From NCBI GenBank assembly GCA_964445745.1, contig CAYULU010000002.1, positions 5,864 through 69,863 on the forward strand: a stretch of DNA of 64,000 bases. The letters run 5' to 3'. The DNA is from an uncultured bacterium. GTDB lineage: Bacteria > Omnitrophota > Omnitrophia > Omnitrophales > Aquincolibacteriaceae. Of the stretch, positions 61,989-64,000 are shown piece by piece. The notes below the pieces were generated by a model that saw nothing but the letters and a program-made list of their open reading frames with translations, did not search any database and was not told where the DNA came from. A program made the position numbers and the translations under genes. Positions within the stretch are counted from its first letter, which is position 1. Every line of letters starts with the position of its first letter.

Positions 61989-63034
61989 CAGCGTTTAATC
62001 CCCAAAAGTCGCAACAACCGGTCCGTCAAAATTTCCTCCCCGGAACGAATTCGAAGCCTTGCCGCCAACACAAGAGGATTCAGGACTTGTGTGATTAAAT
62101 CCCGGGAACGGTAAAAATCCTTTTCCGTCGTGATAATCTCGTCAACGCCTGCCGAGCGACTGATTTCCTTGATTTCCTTCAGTTCCGATTCTTTATATTC
62201 ATGGTGATCCAGAAACTCAAAATTTCGAACCGTCTTGATCAAAGCGCGTTGCAACACCAGCTGAAACGAGCGCGGGGTACCAACCGCCGCAAACGTGGCG
62301 ACTTTTTTATGCTGCATTTTTTCAAGGGAAACCCGGGAACGATTCTTGGCGCGATAAAGAAAAAGCGGTTCCATATACGCTTCCACAAAATGAGCCTGGG
62401 GCGAAAGGCTCTGGACCTGCTCCCGAAGGCTCTTTAACTGTTCGGGAGTCACGAGGTTGACGTGGGTCAGGACTACCACCGTCGCCCTTTTCAAAACGCT
62501 CATAGGCTCACGAAGAATACCGCGCGGGATGAGGTTCTGGTTGCCGAACGGGTTAAGGGAGTTAACAACAATAATCTCCACGTCCCGTTCGACCGCTACC
62601 TGCTGAAGCCCATCGTCTAAAATCGCAACGTCCACCCGTTTTTCTTTTACAATGTCCAAGGCCGTCTTCACACGATCACGGCCAACACCAATGATCACCG
62701 TCGGCATGTGATGCTGAAATTCTTCAATTTCGTCGTGATTATACCCGCGCGTGAGAATCAGCGGAGTTTTGCGAATCGCAGAGATTTTTCGGGCAAAGAA
62801 CTCCACAAGCGGCGTTTTTCCTGTTCCACCCCAAGTGAGATTTCCGACACTGATAACGGGGAACGGCAGTTTCGAACGTTTCAGATACTTTTTTTCATGT
62901 GCCCATCGCAATCCCCTAACCCCCACCCCGTAAACGAACGATGCGGCACTAAGTAGGGGGCATAAGCAAAAAGAGACTGTATCACGGCATTTTCCCTCGG
63001 CCACCAATCGAAAATAGTTTTTGAGATTCTCCAT
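61988..63034 (-). CDS. lpxK: Tetraacyldisaccharide 4'-kinase
   Basis: 348 aa. VISVGNLTWGGTGKTP P-loop in the LpxK-typical position. Confidence 0.9.
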   Translation of the reverse strand: MENLKNYFRLVAEGKCRDTVSFCLCPLLSAASFVYGVGVRGLRWAHEKKYLKRSKLPFPVISVGNLTWGGTGKTPLVEFFARKISAIRKTPLILTRGYNHDEIEEFQHHMPTVIIGVGRDRVKTALDIVKEKRVDVAILDDGLQQVAVERDVEIIVVNSLNPFGNQNLIPRGILREPMSVLKRATVVVLTHVNLVTPEQLKSLREQVQSLSPQAHFVEAYMEPLFLYRAKNRSRVSLEKMQHKKVATFAAVGTPRSFQLVLQRALIKTVRNFEFLDHHEYKESELKEIKEISRSAGVDEIITTEKDFYRSRDLITQVLNPLVLAARLRIRSGEEILTDRLLRLLGIKR

Positions 63035-64000
63035 CGGTTTTCATCCTTTCTGACGTCATCCGGGACGCGAGGAACATCAACACCCATCCTGCCTGGCGTT
63101 TGCTCGCCCCCTTAAGACGATTGACGATCTGATTCGCTTTCACACCCGCCTCACGGCGCAGGGCCGGATCCGATAGAAACTTCTCTGACATAGCCTTTAG
63201 GTCTCCCGGTTCCCGTACAAGAAAAGCCCCGCCGCCCTGATCGAGCTCGCGGTAGATCATGTTGAAATTAAAGACATGCGATCCGTGCATCACGGCCCGG
63301 TCAAAGCGTGCCGATTCCACCGGATTTTGTCCGCCGTGCGGGACCAAGCTTCCGCCCATAAACACAAGATCCGCAATTTGATATAGCTCTTTTAAAATGC
63401 CAAGTTGGTCCAGCATCAAAACATCAAAACTTCCGGGCACGGGTTTTCGGGATGCCAAAACGGTTCGACACGAACCCGTGGAAAGATTCCTCACTAACTT
63501 TTCGGAACGTTCAATGTGGCGGGGTGCCACAATCATCTTGAGAGCGGGAAATTTCTTTCGAAGTTCTAAAAAAACATCCGTAAGAACCTTTTCTTCTCCC
63601 GGGTGCGTACTGCCGGCTACAAAAACAAGATCTTCCCCGTTCACCCCAAGACGTTTCCTGATCAAATCGGGCGACAGACCTTTATCCTGTTCCAGCTCCA
63701 CTTGATCAAATTTCATATTCCCCATTTCCCGGACCGATTCTTCAAAAACCCCCAATTCACGAAATCGCTGAGCATCTTCCCGTGTCTGAGCAAGCACAAA
63801 ATCTATCTTTTTCCAAAGCCCGGACAAAAGGAAACCCGCGGCACGGTACCGTTTAAACGACCGCTCCGATAACCGCGCATTGACAACACCCACGGGAATA
63901 TCTCGCCGCTTCGATTCAATCAGGAGATTCGGCCAAATCTCGGTTTCAGCAAGGACGACGGCCACCGGCCGAATCTCATCCAGAAAACGCCGAACCACAA
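62982..64000 (-). CDS. waaA: 3-deoxy-D-manno-octulosonic acid (Kdo) transferase, 5'-truncated by the window edge
   Basis: The ORF is open to the window end. ETEIWPNLL, GGSLVPHGGQNPVE motifs. About 340 of an expected ~420 aa are visible. Confidence 0.85.
   Translation of the reverse strand, partial: VVRRFLDEIRPVAVVLAETEIWPNLLIESKRRDIPVGVVNARLSERSFKRYRAAGFLLSGLWKKIDFVLAQTREDAQRFRELGVFEESVREMGNMKFDQVELEQDKGLSPDLIRKRLGVNGEDLVFVAGSTHPGEEKVLTDVFLELRKKFPALKMIVAPRHIERSEKLVRNLSTGSCRTVLASRKPVPGSFDVLMLDQLGILKELYQIADLVFMGGSLVPHGGQNPVESARFDRAVMHGSHVFNFNMIYRELDQGGGAFLVREPGDLKAMSEKFLSDPALRREAGVKANQIVNRLKGASKRQAGWVLMFLASRMTSERMKTDGESQKLFSIGGRGKMP

Noticed and set aside
1-64000. Mobile elements, prophage, CRISPR-Cas, toxin-antitoxin or known defence-system genes; rRNA and tRNA genes
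   Set aside because: No transposase, integrase or Cas-like translations, no repeat-spacer arrays, no inverted terminal repeats and no tRNA-like cloverleaf candidates were recognised in the few intergenic regions longer than 150 nt.

Overview
64-kb chromosomal window from a diderm, LPS-making bacterium. I call about 50 protein genes. All but two are on the minus strand, and they are tightly packed, with many 1-4 nt start/stop overlaps. I recognised no rRNA, tRNA, CRISPR array, transposase or integrase. Gene content, left to right: a signalling cluster (REC, GAF-PP2C phosphatase, GAF histidine kinase); gatCA; thiSGHF; a CHASE2-GGDEF cyclase; nth; an rluA-type pseudouridine synthase; an atypical rho; an ABC-F ATPase; Fe-ADH; ahcY-metK; sugar-nucleotide genes; a regulatory PTS block (ptsI, ptsH, yvcK, ptsN, hpf); then a very large LPS/Kdo/heptose supercluster (lptB, lptC/A-like, lpxL, kdsD, kdsA, pyrG, kdsB, hldE kinase, five GT9 heptosyltransferase domains, GT4, a second lpxL fused to an ELM1-like domain, lpxK, waaA). 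The outstanding feature is one uninterrupted 12,888-nt ORF of 4,295 aa (36985-49872, minus strand) embedded in the LPS locus. It has an N-terminal membrane anchor and a second, internal Sec-like signal sequence. It is a chain of about 12 unrelated modules: an RsuA-type pseudouridine synthase, three class-I SAM-methyltransferase-like modules, a UPF0489/arginase-like module, possible GNAT, PRTase-like and ChaN/TraB-like modules, and a polytopic membrane segment. Ten module boundaries carry an exact R-S-E-x-R pentapeptide, and an eleventh boundary carries a degenerate copy. The motif is conserved at the peptide level but not at the codon level. I read this as a candidate bacterial polyprotein or multi-effector with a dedicated junction or processing motif. 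A G10 homopolymer lies 9 nt upstream of one junction. Secondary points of interest: a Rho lacking the canonical N-terminal RNA-binding domain, an unusual tandem GT9 array with fusions, and an lptB-hpf-ptsN block without rpoN.
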